NCBI GenBank assembly: GCA_965214775.1
Contig: OZ243974.1
Coordinates: forward strand, 1,056,001 to 1,120,000
DNA length: 64,000 nucleotides
Direction: 5' to 3'
Source of the DNA: Nitrosopumilus sp.
GTDB lineage: Archaea > Thermoproteota > Nitrososphaeria > Nitrososphaerales > Nitrosopumilaceae
Positions 50,563 to 61,176 of the stretch are shown one piece after another. A model generated the notes under the pieces. It saw only the letters and a program-made list of their open reading frames with translations. It made no database searches and had not been told where the DNA came from. The translations under genes and the position numbers were made by a program. Position 1 is the first letter of the stretch. Every line of letters begins with the position of its first letter.

Positions 50563-50685
50563 CAGTACTTCCTAGGTGTGCTTTTGCAGACCCGGCACGA
50601 CATAGCCGCTAATTTTGTTTACGCATAAGGTCTTCTGCAAATTACGTAATTGCCGTGCCTGTAAAAGTACACTTGGGAAGTACTG
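50563..50685. mobile_element. 123-bp MITE, right copy (direct orientation)
   Basis: Identical to 48879-49001. Confidence 0.92.
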
Positions 50686-52033
50686 ATGTGGCGATTCGAG
50701 ATTCTTTTTGTTCTTAGATGAGGTATCGAAAGTAAAAAATTGGCCAGACGGGATAAAGCGCCTAAAGGACAGGCGGAAATTAGACAATGCCACAGTCATC
50801 CTGACCGGTTCATACGCAATTGATCTAAAAAAATCCTTGGAGAACCTGGCCGGCAGGCGCGGCAAAACGAATGAGGTCTATGACAAAGTACTCCTCCCGA
50901 TGAAATTTTCAGAATATGTCTCAGTCATGGACGCTGGATTGAAAAAACAGCTGATCAAAAACAAGCTGCTCAAAAGGGAGGATCGAATCAGAACCATTAA
51001 AAAATTACTCCGCTCCGAGATTGATTCGTCCCTTGACAGGCTCCAGCCCCAGCTGGCATCCCTTAACTCCCTGCTGTTGGATTACATGCTGACCGGGGGC
51101 ATTCCGCAGGTCGTCAGCGCGTATTATGACCGAAGATATTTGGACGAATACCTATACACAACGTACCTTGACTATGTTTTAGGGGACCTCAAGTCACTGC
51201 GAAGAAGTCCGATCATTGTTGGACAGCTGGCATCCAACATAATCAAAAACCTAAGCTGGCCGCAAAGCTGGCTATCTCTTCAAAAGGACACCGATATACG
51301 AAACCCAATAACCGCCGGAGAGTATGTGCACGCCCTTGATGACATGTTTGTACTGACATTTTTTTATCATTATGATCCTGAGAAGAAAAGACCAGTGGTT
51401 AGGAAAAACAAAAAGATCCATTTCCATGATCCGTTCTTCCTGCACTCGCTAAACGGATGGATCTCGTCAGGGAACTCCTTTAGGACTGCGCAAAATTATG
51501 TCCGGGACGCAACCAACCAGGGCCCGCTGGTGGAGGGGATAGTCGGTGATCATCTGGCACGGCTAGCGTTTGAGCTGAGCGATAAAAAACAGAACTTTGA
51601 TTATCACAACCACCTGTTCTACTGGAACAAAAAGAAAGAGACCGAGGTGGATTACATAGTCAAACTTGGGGGTTTTGAGCTGCCCGTAGAGGTCAAATTT
51701 CAAAACACCATACGAAACAAGGATCTCAGGGGAATCCGCTATTTCAGTTCGCTGACAAAGGCTCGAAACTCAGTAATGCTATCCAAAAGTACGATGGAAA
51801 AGACCGACGATGCCGTGGTGCTTCCGGCAGCATTCTTTTTGCTTTTAATCTGAGCCTGCGATGGACTCCTTTCCTCCAAGCCTCCTCAAAAGTCACACGT
51901 GAGGCAGATCCAAGCTGTAGCCAGCTCATAGAAGAAACATACAACCAACTAAGTGAAAAGTACCCCGGTCGGACAGACAACCAAGAAATTTAGACCGTCT
52001 TGACAACACTGACAGATGCAAACAGATCAATTA

Positions 52034-52202
52034 TAGCAACGGTCACAAGTAATTGAGGGCCTTGACCGGCGATCTGTAAATGTACTTGTATATGCAAAGG
52101 TGGGCAAATGACACCGTCCTGTATAGCAACGGTCACAAGTCTTTGAGTCAAAGTAGGTCATAACTACACGGAAAAAACCCCAATTATTTCTGCCTGTTGC
52201 TA
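52034..52202. mobile_element. IS630 right-end fragment (52034-52121) fused to a 79-bp IS630 MITE (52124-52202)
   Basis: First part matches the reverse complement of about 42747-42834; second part matches the MITE family. Confidence 0.88.
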
Positions 52203-52405
52203 TAAAACGGTTACAGACCCTGCCAAAAGAGATCTGTCCTGGCCAAATTACCAGATGCGCTGTCTTTTGATATCCAGAGAGAACCCAAAAACCAGGAAAT
52301 TTCCAATCCTTAACCTAAATTCCGTGCCTAGAATCAGGGAAACATTGTTTGTGAATTATTGTGATGCTTAACTTTCATATTTGATTCCCCAAAAAATTCA
52401 ATCAA

Positions 52406-53422
52406 ATGAACTGGAGACTGGCTGTAATTCCTGCAACATTGATTCCGATCTTCATCATAGCCATACAGTTTGACATAAAACTCGAGGATGTTTTGGCAAT
52501 TGGGCTCTTTCCATTTTTGGGCGCAGTTGTTGCAATGATGATCAAGCTGGGCCTTCAAGGAATCAAGTTTGCATATATTACCAGACGGTATCTTGGAGAA
52601 TTCGATTCGTTTTTGAAACTGACAGGAGTCAGGGTTGGAAGTGAGTTTATCAAGTTTACAACACCGATGTTTGTTGGGGCAGAGTTCATTGTGATTTATT
52701 ATCTGCACAAAAAGGGAGTCAAGCCTTCAAAGTCGGCATGGATTGCAATTATGGATATCGTAACTGAGGTGTTTGCAGGAGGGTTGCTATCTATTATGGC
52801 AGGAGTTGTTGCTTTGCTAAACGGCGCATATGTGGTTGCAGGAGTCGTCCTTGGCACCAGCATCGCCGTAACCTCGCTGTGGATGGTATTGTTCTTTTTG
52901 TCATCAAGACGCACATTCCAGGTTCCCAAGGTTTTGGCCGTTCTTGCACAAAGATTTGGAAAAGAGAAAGGAGCAAAATACATCGAACAAACGAACTCCT
53001 GGATGAAGGAAGTCTGTACGATGAGCCGTGAAAACCTCAAAACTTCGGAATCCAAAAAAGTTTTCACGGTATCCTTCTTGTTCTCTCTTGCCTCATGGGC
53101 GTTTTATGGAATATCATTTATGATAATTGCAATGGGCACCGGCTACGTAATTGGCGCATTTGATTCAATTATGGCCGTAATGGGCGCAAACGCAATTGGT
53201 AATCTGCCAATTACGGTTGGAGGCTCGGGACTTGCAGAATTTGGAATTGTTGCATATTTGAATAATTTGGATCCCTTCAACCTTCACATTCCTGAAGGGA
53301 CTGGGGCCTGGGACGCTGTTATTGGATGGAGAATTGCGACATATTACGTACCAATTGCAATCACTTGGCTGCTCCTGGTAAAGCTGGCTTTAAGCAAAAT
53401 CTCAAAGCCTCAAGTATCATAA
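52406..53422 (+). CDS. Lysylphosphatidylglycerol synthase TM / flippase-like protein
   Basis: Multi-TM; TTP..GAE, P.TVGGSGLAE, WRIATYY. Confidence 0.82.
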   Translation: MNWRLAVIPATLIPIFIIAIQFDIKLEDVLAIGLFPFLGAVVAMMIKLGLQGIKFAYITRRYLGEFDSFLKLTGVRVGSEFIKFTTPMFVGAEFIVIYYLHKKGVKPSKSAWIAIMDIVTEVFAGGLLSIMAGVVALLNGAYVVAGVVLGTSIAVTSLWMVLFFLSSRRTFQVPKVLAVLAQRFGKEKGAKYIEQTNSWMKEVCTMSRENLKTSESKKVFTVSFLFSLASWAFYGISFMIIAMGTGYVIGAFDSIMAVMGANAIGNLPITVGGSGLAEFGIVAYLNNLDPFNLHIPEGTGAWDAVIGWRIATYYVPIAITWLLLVKLALSKISKPQVS

Positions 53423-53548
53423 AACGACCTGCCTTCATAGACCAGAAAATAACTCCGACAACCATCTAACATAAAAATACCATTTTTAATTAGTTGACAA
53501 TCATTAACTAATAGGAAATATTGATTTTCCAAGTACAGCGACGGTATT

Positions 53549-53625
53549 AGACTTGTGCGTAATCAGTGCAGATCAAAAAAATCAGGCAGCTTTTATGCCA
53601 TTTTTGGCAAATACGCATAAAGTCT
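53549..53625. mobile_element. 77-bp MITE of the IS5/ISL2-type family
   Basis: AGACTTGTGCGTA / TACGCATAAAGTCT; 3-bp TSD ATT. Confidence 0.82.
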
Positions 53626-54217
53626 ATTTTACATAGAACCCAATCAAGAAAACTCCAACATTCCTCAATTTTGCAGAATCACATTTTATGCATAAAAAAG
53701 AATGGAAGGAATATTGTAAGTGTTCCAATCGCTTTCTGCCATATTTCTGCGGTTCTTAGCGAAGTATGTGAATCCGCATCTGGCCCTGATCTACATAGAT
53801 CAGGCGTGCAAAAGAGCAAAAATTCTGAAAAACATACAGATTGAGCCAAATAAACGGAGTTAGGAAACAGCGGCCGTAAAACCACCCGAATGGACGTGTC
53901 TGGTCTCACAAAAGTGCAAGATGCAAAGGATCCCGGCATTCTTCAAGCAGTGACGGCGGCGGCATCAGGCCCAAGTCCCGCGGACGAAAAATCAAAAGTA
54001 CACAGCCACTATCCAGGAATCAAAAAAAAAAAAATGAAATGTGCCAAAAACAGTCTGGGCAGACAGATCAGACAGGTTGAATTGAACCAAACAGGACAGG
54101 TGCAGGAATTAATCCAGCTGGCATACGTTTCTCACAAATAGCCACACACCCCTGCAAGCCTCCTCAAATCATCATAACGAGCCGGTTGTGATACGGTGGA
54201 ATTTCATTTTTAATTTC

Positions 54218-54868
54218 TTAAATTTCATTTAGTTTGTAGTGTTTGCAGCTTGTTTTTATCTTGCAAACGCTGCACATCGGCGAGATTGGTTTGCAGATAT
54301 TCTGCCCATACATGACAAACGTATCATTAATGTCAATCCAAAACTTTCTTGGAATTTTTTTCATTAGTTCCTGTTCGGTGTCTTCTGGAGTTTTTGTCTC
54401 GACCAGGCCAAGCCTGTTTGAAATTCTGTGAACGTGAATGTCAACGGGAATTGCAGGCTTTTCAAATGCATATACCAGCACGCAGTTTGCCGTCTTCCTT
54501 CCAACCCCGGGTAATTTCACCAGAGTCTCCAAGTCATCAGGCACAACTCCCTTGTGTTCGGAGTCGATGATTCTGGCAACCTCGATGATTCTCCTTGATT
54601 TTACACGATAGAATCCGATCGGCTTGATAATCTTTTCAACGTCTCTGATTTTGGCATTTGCCAATGCCTTTGCGTTTTTGTACTTGGAAAACAGGACCTT
54701 GACAACCTTGGTTGTACTTTCATCTTTGGTTCTTGCAGATAGTATGGTTCCAATCAGGATGCTAAAAGGACCCCCGGTTTCAGCTTCATGAAGCTCTCTT
54801 AGTGCAGTCATTCGTGGGGGTTTTACTGAGTTCATCGTATTTACCATTCCGCGAAGAATTTGTCGCAT
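54218..54868 (-). CDS. nth: Endonuclease III
   Basis: LPGVGRKTAN HhH, VDIHVHR, C-x6-C-x2-C-x5-C cluster. Confidence 0.92.
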   Translation of the reverse strand: MRQILRGMVNTMNSVKPPRMTALRELHEAETGGPFSILIGTILSARTKDESTTKVVKVLFSKYKNAKALANAKIRDVEKIIKPIGFYRVKSRRIIEVARIIDSEHKGVVPDDLETLVKLPGVGRKTANCVLVYAFEKPAIPVDIHVHRISNRLGLVETKTPEDTEQELMKKIPRKFWIDINDTFVMYGQNICKPISPMCSVCKIKTSCKHYKLNEI

Positions 54869-54922
54869 TACAGTATGATTGTCTGCGTACAAGTATTATA
54901 TCTGTACCAGGCAAATGATTTG

Positions 54923-56101
54923 TTGGAGCTGACCAGAGAAGAAGAATCTGCGCTAAAAGGAGAGCAGGGAGAGATCATGCAGATGGCATATAGAATTCTT
55001 GTTGCAACCGGAGAGGCGACAGACGCAGAAAGGCTTGTCCCAATCAAATGGGCCCACTTGTCTGGGGTAAACTATAACACAATCGGGGATACGGGCCAAG
55101 AGCTTCTGTCCGGCATTGCTAACAAGGGCACACGAGTCAGAGTCAGGACAACGTTAAACCCAATGGGATTTGACATTGACAGTGTTTCAAACTATAATCT
55201 GGACGAAAACTTTGTTTCAAAACAGCTTTTGATTAAAAAGTCATACGAGGCAATGGGAGTTGCGCCGTCATTTTCATGCATTCCCTATGAGATATTTGAC
55301 ATTCCAGAGAAGGGTACGCAGGTTGCCTTTGCCGAAAGCAATGCGGCCATTCATGCAAATTCGTATGACGGCATAAAAACAAACAAGGAGAGCGCCTTTA
55401 GCGCACTTGCAAGCGCAATTACCGGAAAGAGTCCGTACTCTTTACTGCGAAAAAATGATGATGGTGGTCTGCCGGACATTACAATACGGATGAAAGTCAG
55501 CAATCCTGATGAGCTGACATATGGGATGCTGGGATTTTTTGCCGGAAAAATCGCAGATACATCGGTGAGCATTTCCGGACTCGGAGAGACAGATACGCGT
55601 CAATCCAAGGCCATGTGCGGCGGAATGGGCACGTCTGGAACGTGTGCAAAATTTCTGTTTGGAGACACCATGGAAGGAGAAGGACCAGGTGTGGAGAGGG
55701 TGGATTTTGATGAAAAAGAGATGCAAAACATCCACGATGAGCTAAGTTCTGCTGAGAAGGGGGACATCATCACGTTGGGAAGCCCGCAGCTGGGATTAGA
55801 AGAGATTTCCGACCTGGCAGGGAAGCTAAAGGGAAGATCCTTTCAGAAAAGATGCATGATATTTGTCCCGCGGACTGTAAAAGAACGGGCAAAAAAGATT
55901 GGATACATAAATGAATTAGAAAGGGCCGGATGCGAGATACTTGCAGACTGTTGCACATGTCTGACCCCGTTGATTAGCAAAGAGCAGGTTGATGCCGTTA
56001 CGACAAACAGCATCAAGGGTGCGTTTTATTTGAAAAATTCAAACGGCGTTAACGTAAATCTAAAACCGCTCTCAGAGATAGTGGAAGATGAAACGAGATG
56101 A
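54923..56101 (+). CDS. Aconitase X large subunit (phosphomevalonate dehydratase)
   Basis: AHLSGVNY, TLNP, SCIPY, AESNA, LGSPQ, TNSIKGAFY. Confidence 0.88.
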   Translation: MELTREEESALKGEQGEIMQMAYRILVATGEATDAERLVPIKWAHLSGVNYNTIGDTGQELLSGIANKGTRVRVRTTLNPMGFDIDSVSNYNLDENFVSKQLLIKKSYEAMGVAPSFSCIPYEIFDIPEKGTQVAFAESNAAIHANSYDGIKTNKESAFSALASAITGKSPYSLLRKNDDGGLPDITIRMKVSNPDELTYGMLGFFAGKIADTSVSISGLGETDTRQSKAMCGGMGTSGTCAKFLFGDTMEGEGPGVERVDFDEKEMQNIHDELSSAEKGDIITLGSPQLGLEEISDLAGKLKGRSFQKRCMIFVPRTVKERAKKIGYINELERAGCEILADCCTCLTPLISKEQVDAVTTNSIKGAFYLKNSNGVNVNLKPLSEIVEDETR

Positions 56102-56487
56102 AAAAAGTTCTGGTAAACGGCAACGTTTGTGGAACAGTTCTAAAAACAGAAATGCCAATTAATTTTCTGGGAACAGTCGACAAGAAGACAGGAATAATCG
56201 GCGATAAAAACCACGAGCTGTTCCAAAAATCAATCAAGGATTCGATGCTCTTGTTTCCCTCGGGAATCGGAAGCAGTGTGGGCGCATATACCATCTACTC
56301 GATCAAATCAAACAGCTCGGCGCCACTGGCAATGATCTGCAAAAAGGCAGATCTTACCGTTGCGACAGGATGCGCACTTGCAAACATTCCGCTAGTGGTC
56401 ATTTCAGAAGAAGATTTTTCCTCACTCAAAACCGGCGAAAGGATCCAGCTGGATACCGAATCCAAAAAAATCATTAAAAAGGGCTAG
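56098..56487 (+). CDS. Aconitase X swivel (small) subunit
   Basis: INFLGTVD..G, FPSGIGSSVG; ATGA overlap. Confidence 0.88.
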   Translation: MKKVLVNGNVCGTVLKTEMPINFLGTVDKKTGIIGDKNHELFQKSIKDSMLLFPSGIGSSVGAYTIYSIKSNSSAPLAMICKKADLTVATGCALANIPLVVISEEDFSSLKTGERIQLDTESKKIIKKG

Positions 56488-57173
56488 CTGCTACGTTTTT
56501 TTGTAATAAATAAAAAGCCTACAATTCCACCAATGCCTGCTGCCACATAAAAGGGGAACAGGGCAAACGTGTTCTTTGAAGGATCGCCGGAAAGAAACTC
56601 AATTACCAGTTCTCCGGAGTTTGCTGCAGGGGGGTCAGTAGAGCCTTCCATTCCGTGGGTGGAATACGCATCGATTGCAAAAACGCCGATATCCAGATTG
56701 GTAACGACAATTCGGGCGCCATTATTTACGGTTAGGCCGGCACGATCCGTATAGGATACGATTGATTTTGCCTGGGGGTACCACCCGCGATCCAGGTCTC
56801 TGTGTACGACGACGTATCCTTCTTTTGGGGTTTGAACTGCAACCCAAAATTTGTTATCAGGATGGGAGCCCATGCCTACCTCGATGAATTCATCATGCGT
56901 CTCAACGTCGTAAAATCTCAGTACCGCGTTTCCGTCAGGATTTGCATACAGCAAATTGTTGTCAATTGTCACCTGCCAGCTCACAGCGTGGACTTGATCC
57001 AGTTTTACTGTCGGCGCGTCTCGTAAAACCCGGTTAAATTCATCAGAGGGGATTTCAATACTGTCAATTATCAGTGAGGGATTTTTCAGTTCCTGGGCAA
57101 AGGCCGGATCCACAGACGTTGCCGTTGTTATCATTATTCCTGCCAATAAGATTGGAAGAAACGGACATTTCAC
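56484..57173 (-). CDS. Membrane-anchored secreted protein
   Basis: Signal peptide, C-terminal TM helix and KKR. Confidence 0.7.
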   Translation of the reverse strand: MKCPFLPILLAGIMITTATSVDPAFAQELKNPSLIIDSIEIPSDEFNRVLRDAPTVKLDQVHAVSWQVTIDNNLLYANPDGNAVLRFYDVETHDEFIEVGMGSHPDNKFWVAVQTPKEGYVVVHRDLDRGWYPQAKSIVSYTDRAGLTVNNGARIVVTNLDIGVFAIDAYSTHGMEGSTDPPAANSGELVIEFLSGDPSKNTFALFPFYVAAGIGGIVGFLFITKKRSS

Positions 57174-57203
57174 AAGCTAAAAGCCACCTGATTGAATAAA
57201 TAT

Positions 57204-58379
57204 CTAATCGACAAAGGGCTTTGGATGATCCAAAATTACCTTGGCAACCTCCGGTCTTAGGATAAATTTGGATGGGGATTCTCCATTCTGAATCATTTCT
57301 CTTAGTTTGGTTCCGCTGATCTGTTCCTTTTGATCATCGCCACACGGACATGCCTTTGGCGTGGTGTATGTAAGGCATCTCTTGCAATAGAAAAAGGCCG
57401 GGAAGAATACCGGTGAAATTTCAAGCTCCGGATAATCGTCAAATATTTTTTGGGCCGCAAACGGATCGTAAAACTTTCCAACCCCTGCATGATCCCTTCC
57501 GATAATTATGTGAGTACAGCCATAATTCTGCCTCATAATTGCATGATGAATGGCCTCTTTTGGTCCGGCATATTTCATTTCAGTGTGCAATGTTCCAAGA
57601 CGACATCTGTTTTCCGGATAGTACAGCTTTATCATTGTCTCATAGCACCTTACTATTACTTCATCAACAAAGTCCCCGGACTTTTTCTTTCCGATGATCG
57701 GATTTACAAACACGCCATCGCGGGTAGTGATTGACGTTTTTTGCAACATTTCATGGGCTACATGTGGCGGATTTCTGGTTTGGAACGCACAGATTGTCTC
57801 CCATCCGGCCCGGGCAAAAGATTCCCTTGTTTGAACCGGCGTTAGCCTGTTCTTTCTGATTTCTGTCTCTTCTGGCCTCTGAATATAATCGATTTTTCCA
57901 CCAACAAGAAAATCTTTCATTGACATCGTTTTTGCAACGCCGGGATGTGCGGTATCAGCAGTGCCATAAACTCCTTGAGAGGTTTTTTCCTTGTCAAAAG
58001 GATATACCTCATCAACATGAATTACGGCGATTCTGAGACCTGAGGGATTCTGTAGGAGCACATCGCCGGATTCCTTCATCCTTGATCCGGTCTCTTCATC
58101 TACATCAAGTACGACAGGAATTGTCCATGCCAGATCATTTGACAGTCTTCCCCGGGAGACAACGCTTTGAAAATCAGCTTTTCCTAAAAATCCCTCCAAT
58201 GGACTAAAAATCCCATCTGCAATATTTTCAACATCATTGGCAAGATCCTCTGTAATCGTAACAGAATACAGTCCAGAAAAAGAAGAATCGACCTTAGAAT
58301 GCCTGTTTACCAAAACCCCACCATGCGGTCTAATCTGGCGGTTCTTCTCCTTCTCCTTTTCCTCATTCTTCTCTAACAT
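57204..58379 (-). CDS. sat: Sulfate adenylyltransferase
   Basis: [29 protein letters not shown]. Confidence 0.95.
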   Translation of the reverse strand: MLEKNEEKEKEKNRQIRPHGGVLVNRHSKVDSSFSGLYSVTITEDLANDVENIADGIFSPLEGFLGKADFQSVVSRGRLSNDLAWTIPVVLDVDEETGSRMKESGDVLLQNPSGLRIAVIHVDEVYPFDKEKTSQGVYGTADTAHPGVAKTMSMKDFLVGGKIDYIQRPEETEIRKNRLTPVQTRESFARAGWETICAFQTRNPPHVAHEMLQKTSITTRDGVFVNPIIGKKKSGDFVDEVIVRCYETMIKLYYPENRCRLGTLHTEMKYAGPKEAIHHAIMRQNYGCTHIIIGRDHAGVGKFYDPFAAQKIFDDYPELEISPVFFPAFFYCKRCLTYTTPKACPCGDDQKEQISGTKLREMIQNGESPSKFILRPEVAKVILDHPKPFVD

Positions 58380-58386
58380 GCTGCTA

Positions 58387-59109
58387 CTAGTCCGTCCTTT
58401 TGCGCTCTATATGAAGGCCGCACTCCTTATGCCCGCCCTGTTCCCACCACCACCGGCCTGCACGAAGGTCCTCGCCCGGCCTGATCGGTCTAGTGCACGG
58501 TTCACACCCAATACTTGGATATCCCTTGTCTAGCAGACTGTTGTAGGGAAGACTGTTCTTTTTGATATATTCCTGAACCTGATCCCACGACCAATCAATT
58601 ATTGGATTAATCTTTAGAATTCCTCCGTGTGAGTGATCCAGCTGGAAGACAGTAACGTCTCGTAATTTCGTTTGTTTGCGCCTCAATCCGGTTATCCATC
58701 CGTCAAGCGTACCGAGCATCTTGTTCATTGGGTGGACTTTGCGAATTTCACAGCACAGTTCTCTGTTCTCTACACTGTCATAAAATAAATTCAGGCCTTT
58801 GGCATTTACCATTTCTTCGACTTCTTTTGTATCGGGAAACAGGACTTCGATTGAAATATTGTATTTTTTTCTTACAGTATCCATGATGTCATAGGTCTCT
58901 TGAGGCAGTCTGCCGGTATCCAGAGTAAAAAATCTAAAATCGGGGCTTGTCTTAACCATCAAATCCGTTATTACGGCGTCCTCTGCACCAAAACTAGAGG
59001 CCTTTGCGACCCTAGGGTGAAGATTATCCAAAGCCCACCGGAGTGCTTCTTGGGCAGTAGTAATTGTGGAGTTAAGCTCGTCTACTTGCTCTTGAGAGAA
59101 TCTGACCAC
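58387..59109 (-). CDS. cysH: (Phospho)adenylyl-sulfate reductase
   Basis: [30 protein letters not shown]; GTG 59109 start. Confidence 0.9.
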   Translation of the reverse strand: MVRFSQEQVDELNSTITTAQEALRWALDNLHPRVAKASSFGAEDAVITDLMVKTSPDFRFFTLDTGRLPQETYDIMDTVRKKYNISIEVLFPDTKEVEEMVNAKGLNLFYDSVENRELCCEIRKVHPMNKMLGTLDGWITGLRRKQTKLRDVTVFQLDHSHGGILKINPIIDWSWDQVQEYIKKNSLPYNSLLDKGYPSIGCEPCTRPIRPGEDLRAGRWWWEQGGHKECGLHIERKRTD

Positions 59110-59165
59110 AATTTCATGCAACCTAGTTGTCTTATATTGATTACCCGGGATTTGCTCTAAATCAC

Positions 59166-59287
59166 AAGTCTTTCCAAAAGCAATCCAAAAAGCGGCTCCA
59201 AGCTTGAAACAACTCAAACCAAACTGTCTGCAGATCCGCACATCGCCGTCTCTACTACCATGAACTGTGTACATCTTGGGAAGACTG
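59166..59287. mobile_element. MITE of the CAGTCTTCCC family
   Basis: AAGTCTTTCCAAAA...TTGGGAAGACTG. Confidence 0.8.
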
Positions 59288-59292
59288 TATAA

Positions 59293-59410
59293 CAGTCTTC
59301 CCAAAAGCTCCCAGCAAAACGGCTCCAAGTTTGACGTAATTCGGAGTATGCTGTCTGCAGATCCGCCGCCGCCTGCACCACCATGATTCTGGTTACATTT
59401 GGGAAGACTG
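59293..59410. mobile_element. MITE of the CAGTCTTCCC family, left arm of the TA unit
   Basis: Perfect TIR CAGTCTTCCCAAA / TTTGGGAAGACTG. Confidence 0.88.
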
Positions 59411-59455
59411 AGCGGATCAGTCATCGTTAAAAGCAGGAAGACCGCAACATAAGGC

Positions 59456-59593
59456 ATGCCCAAGACAGAGCAGGTCGACGACCTGACCCCGGAGGAGATC
59501 AGCGCCATTGACGAATTCTATGCAAGCGACGAGGGCAAGGTGACATTCGAGCCTCACGAGGATGTTATAAAGTGGCTACATGATCAAGATTAA
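59456..59593 (+). CDS. 45-aa acidic putative antitoxin
   Basis: Hand translation MPKTEQVDDLTPEEISAIDEFYASDEGKVTFEPHEDVIKWLHDQD; TAATG overlap with the toxin. Confidence 0.72.
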   Translation: MPKTEQVDDLTPEEISAIDEFYASDEGKVTFEPHEDVIKWLHDQD

Positions 59594-59859
59594 TGACTCG
59601 GTGGAAGACTGTCCTTGGGAAGAGATTTCTAAAACAGTACAAAAGCCTCGATGCGCGGATCAGGCAGAGGGCAGATCACGCGATTGAAGAACTAAAAAAC
59701 TCCGATAGCCCGGCAGCACTGGGAAGATGGAAGCAGCACAAACGTGTGTTTACGTATAATGTGGGAAAGTACAGGATCATATACAGTATTGACCGGGGCA
59801 ATAACGCAATCGAGTTTCTCTATGTGGGCGATCACAAGCCCGTATACGGCAAGGACTAG
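59593..59859 (+). CDS. RelE/ParE-family toxin
   Basis: FLKQYKSL, VGKYRIIY, VGDHK.VY. Confidence 0.82.
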   Translation: MTRWKTVLGKRFLKQYKSLDARIRQRADHAIEELKNSDSPAALGRWKQHKRVFTYNVGKYRIIYSIDRGNNAIEFLYVGDHKPVYGKD

Positions 59860-59870
59860 ACATCAATGCC

Positions 59871-59991
59871 GGGTCTTTCCAGATGCACGCAGCTCGTGGC
59901 GGTGCAGGCGGCTACGTACGGATCTGCAGGCGGCCTGGCTTGTATTGTTTTAAGTTTGGAGCCGCTTGTCGGGTTACATTTGGGAAGGCTG
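59871..59991. mobile_element. MITE of the CAGTCTTCCC family, right arm (inverted)
   Basis: Degenerate inner end GGGTCTTTCC; outer end TTTGGGAAGGCTG followed by TATAA. Confidence 0.8.
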
Positions 59992-60021
59992 TATAAGTAA
60001 GCTAGTTTAAAAATAGAGAAT

Positions 60022-61128
60022 ATGGACGAAATTTCGTATATAGTGGTGTTTCCAACTATTTTTTCAAAAAATAAAATCCCGCAATTAATAGAAAACATTG
60101 AAAAAATTTTAAAGATGAAAAACTTGGAATTTAAATCCGTAAGGCGAGATGGAGAAATAATTCTGGTTGATGCAAATGATCCTGTTTTTGCATCATCGGC
60201 AATCAATCTCCTGTTTGGAATTGAAAAAATTGCCATTGCAAGAAAAACAAGAAACAATTTTCAGGCTCTGGTATCAGAAATAGCATCAGTAGGGGGCAAT
60301 CTCCTCTTAAGAGGAGAAAAATTTCTAGTAAAAGTGGAAGGCACGTCAAAGGGATATCTTCCCAAGGACGTTGAGATTGCAGCTACTGCGGACATTATTG
60401 AAAACAAGTCAAATCTTGGCGCACGGCCCGGAACTGATGAAAAATATGACAAGCTACTATATGCCTATCTGACAAAAAATAATTCCTACGTATCCATCTT
60501 CTCTGATAAGGGAAATGGCGGGGTTCCGTACAAATCTCAGGCAGAAAAAACCATCTGTGCAATATATGACGAGCTTTCTGCAATATCGTGCTATGAGACG
60601 ATCAAGCAGGGCTATGACACAAGAATCATAGTCTGTTACAGACAAAAATCAGAATTGACAGGTTTGGTTAAAATTCTAAATCAGATAATCCCCAGGCTGG
60701 TCCAAAACGAAATAAAAATGGAGTTTTATAATCTGAAAGTTAATTCCGGCCGAACGAAAAATTACCTGCTTTATGTGAGCTCGATTCTCTGCCTGTTGCT
60801 GGAGCAAGCTGAAAAAAGAGTTTCTTTGGCATTATCGCCGCAAATTTTTTCATCTGATTTTATTGACGCTTCTCTAGAACAGGTCTTTGAAAACAAAAAA
60901 ATCCCATTTCTGCCGCTTGCAGGGGCAGATTCGGAACTGTTTGCAGTCGCCAAGGAAATAGCAGTACGGGAGAGAAATCTTGGGAAACTAGAAAAGATTA
61001 TCGCCGCAAATCCCAAGGGAATTCCCAAAGTATCAAAAAAGATCGTAGATGATTCCCTAAGAACGAGAAAAGAGGTCTCCGTTCAAATAGGCCCAAATAA
61101 CGTCCATGATATCTTGGATTCCCTATAG
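60022..61128 (+). CDS. ThiI-like THUMP-domain protein (degenerate catalytic part)
   Basis: N-terminal ferredoxin-like/THUMP pattern, LFGIEKI, GNGGVP; no SGGxDS motif. Confidence 0.6.
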   Translation: MDEISYIVVFPTIFSKNKIPQLIENIEKILKMKNLEFKSVRRDGEIILVDANDPVFASSAINLLFGIEKIAIARKTRNNFQALVSEIASVGGNLLLRGEKFLVKVEGTSKGYLPKDVEIAATADIIENKSNLGARPGTDEKYDKLLYAYLTKNNSYVSIFSDKGNGGVPYKSQAEKTICAIYDELSAISCYETIKQGYDTRIIVCYRQKSELTGLVKILNQIIPRLVQNEIKMEFYNLKVNSGRTKNYLLYVSSILCLLLEQAEKRVSLALSPQIFSSDFIDASLEQVFENKKIPFLPLAGADSELFAVAKEIAVRERNLGKLEKIIAANPKGIPKVSKKIVDDSLRTRKEVSVQIGPNNVHDILDSL

Positions 61129-61176
61129 CGGCACGCGAATCATTCAGAATTTAAACAGTATACTCTGCTTTAAAGT

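Larger units (their letters stand above)
48543..51853 (+). pseudogene. AAA_14/DUF4143-type ATPase split by a MITE-bounded insert
   Basis: 5' part NPWW..GPRQVGKTT; 3' part LFLDEV, LTGS, TGGIP, EVDY..PVEVK; joining 48878 to 50690 restores a 499-aa frame. Confidence 0.88.

Noticed and set aside
5229-52204. Recurring about 80-bp sequence as a CRISPR repeat
   Set aside because: Copies are dispersed, have TIRs and TA duplications and match IS630 ends; no regular spacers and no cas genes.
53630-54200. Short ORFs and A-run between the flippase-like gene and nth
   Set aside because: No recognisable motifs; part (about 53780-53842) resembles the reverse complement of 16390-16450, suggesting repeat debris.
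59110-59508. Long N-terminal extension of CysH in the ORF track
   Set aside because: The frame runs through two MITEs and antisense to the antitoxin; homology starts at GTG 59109.
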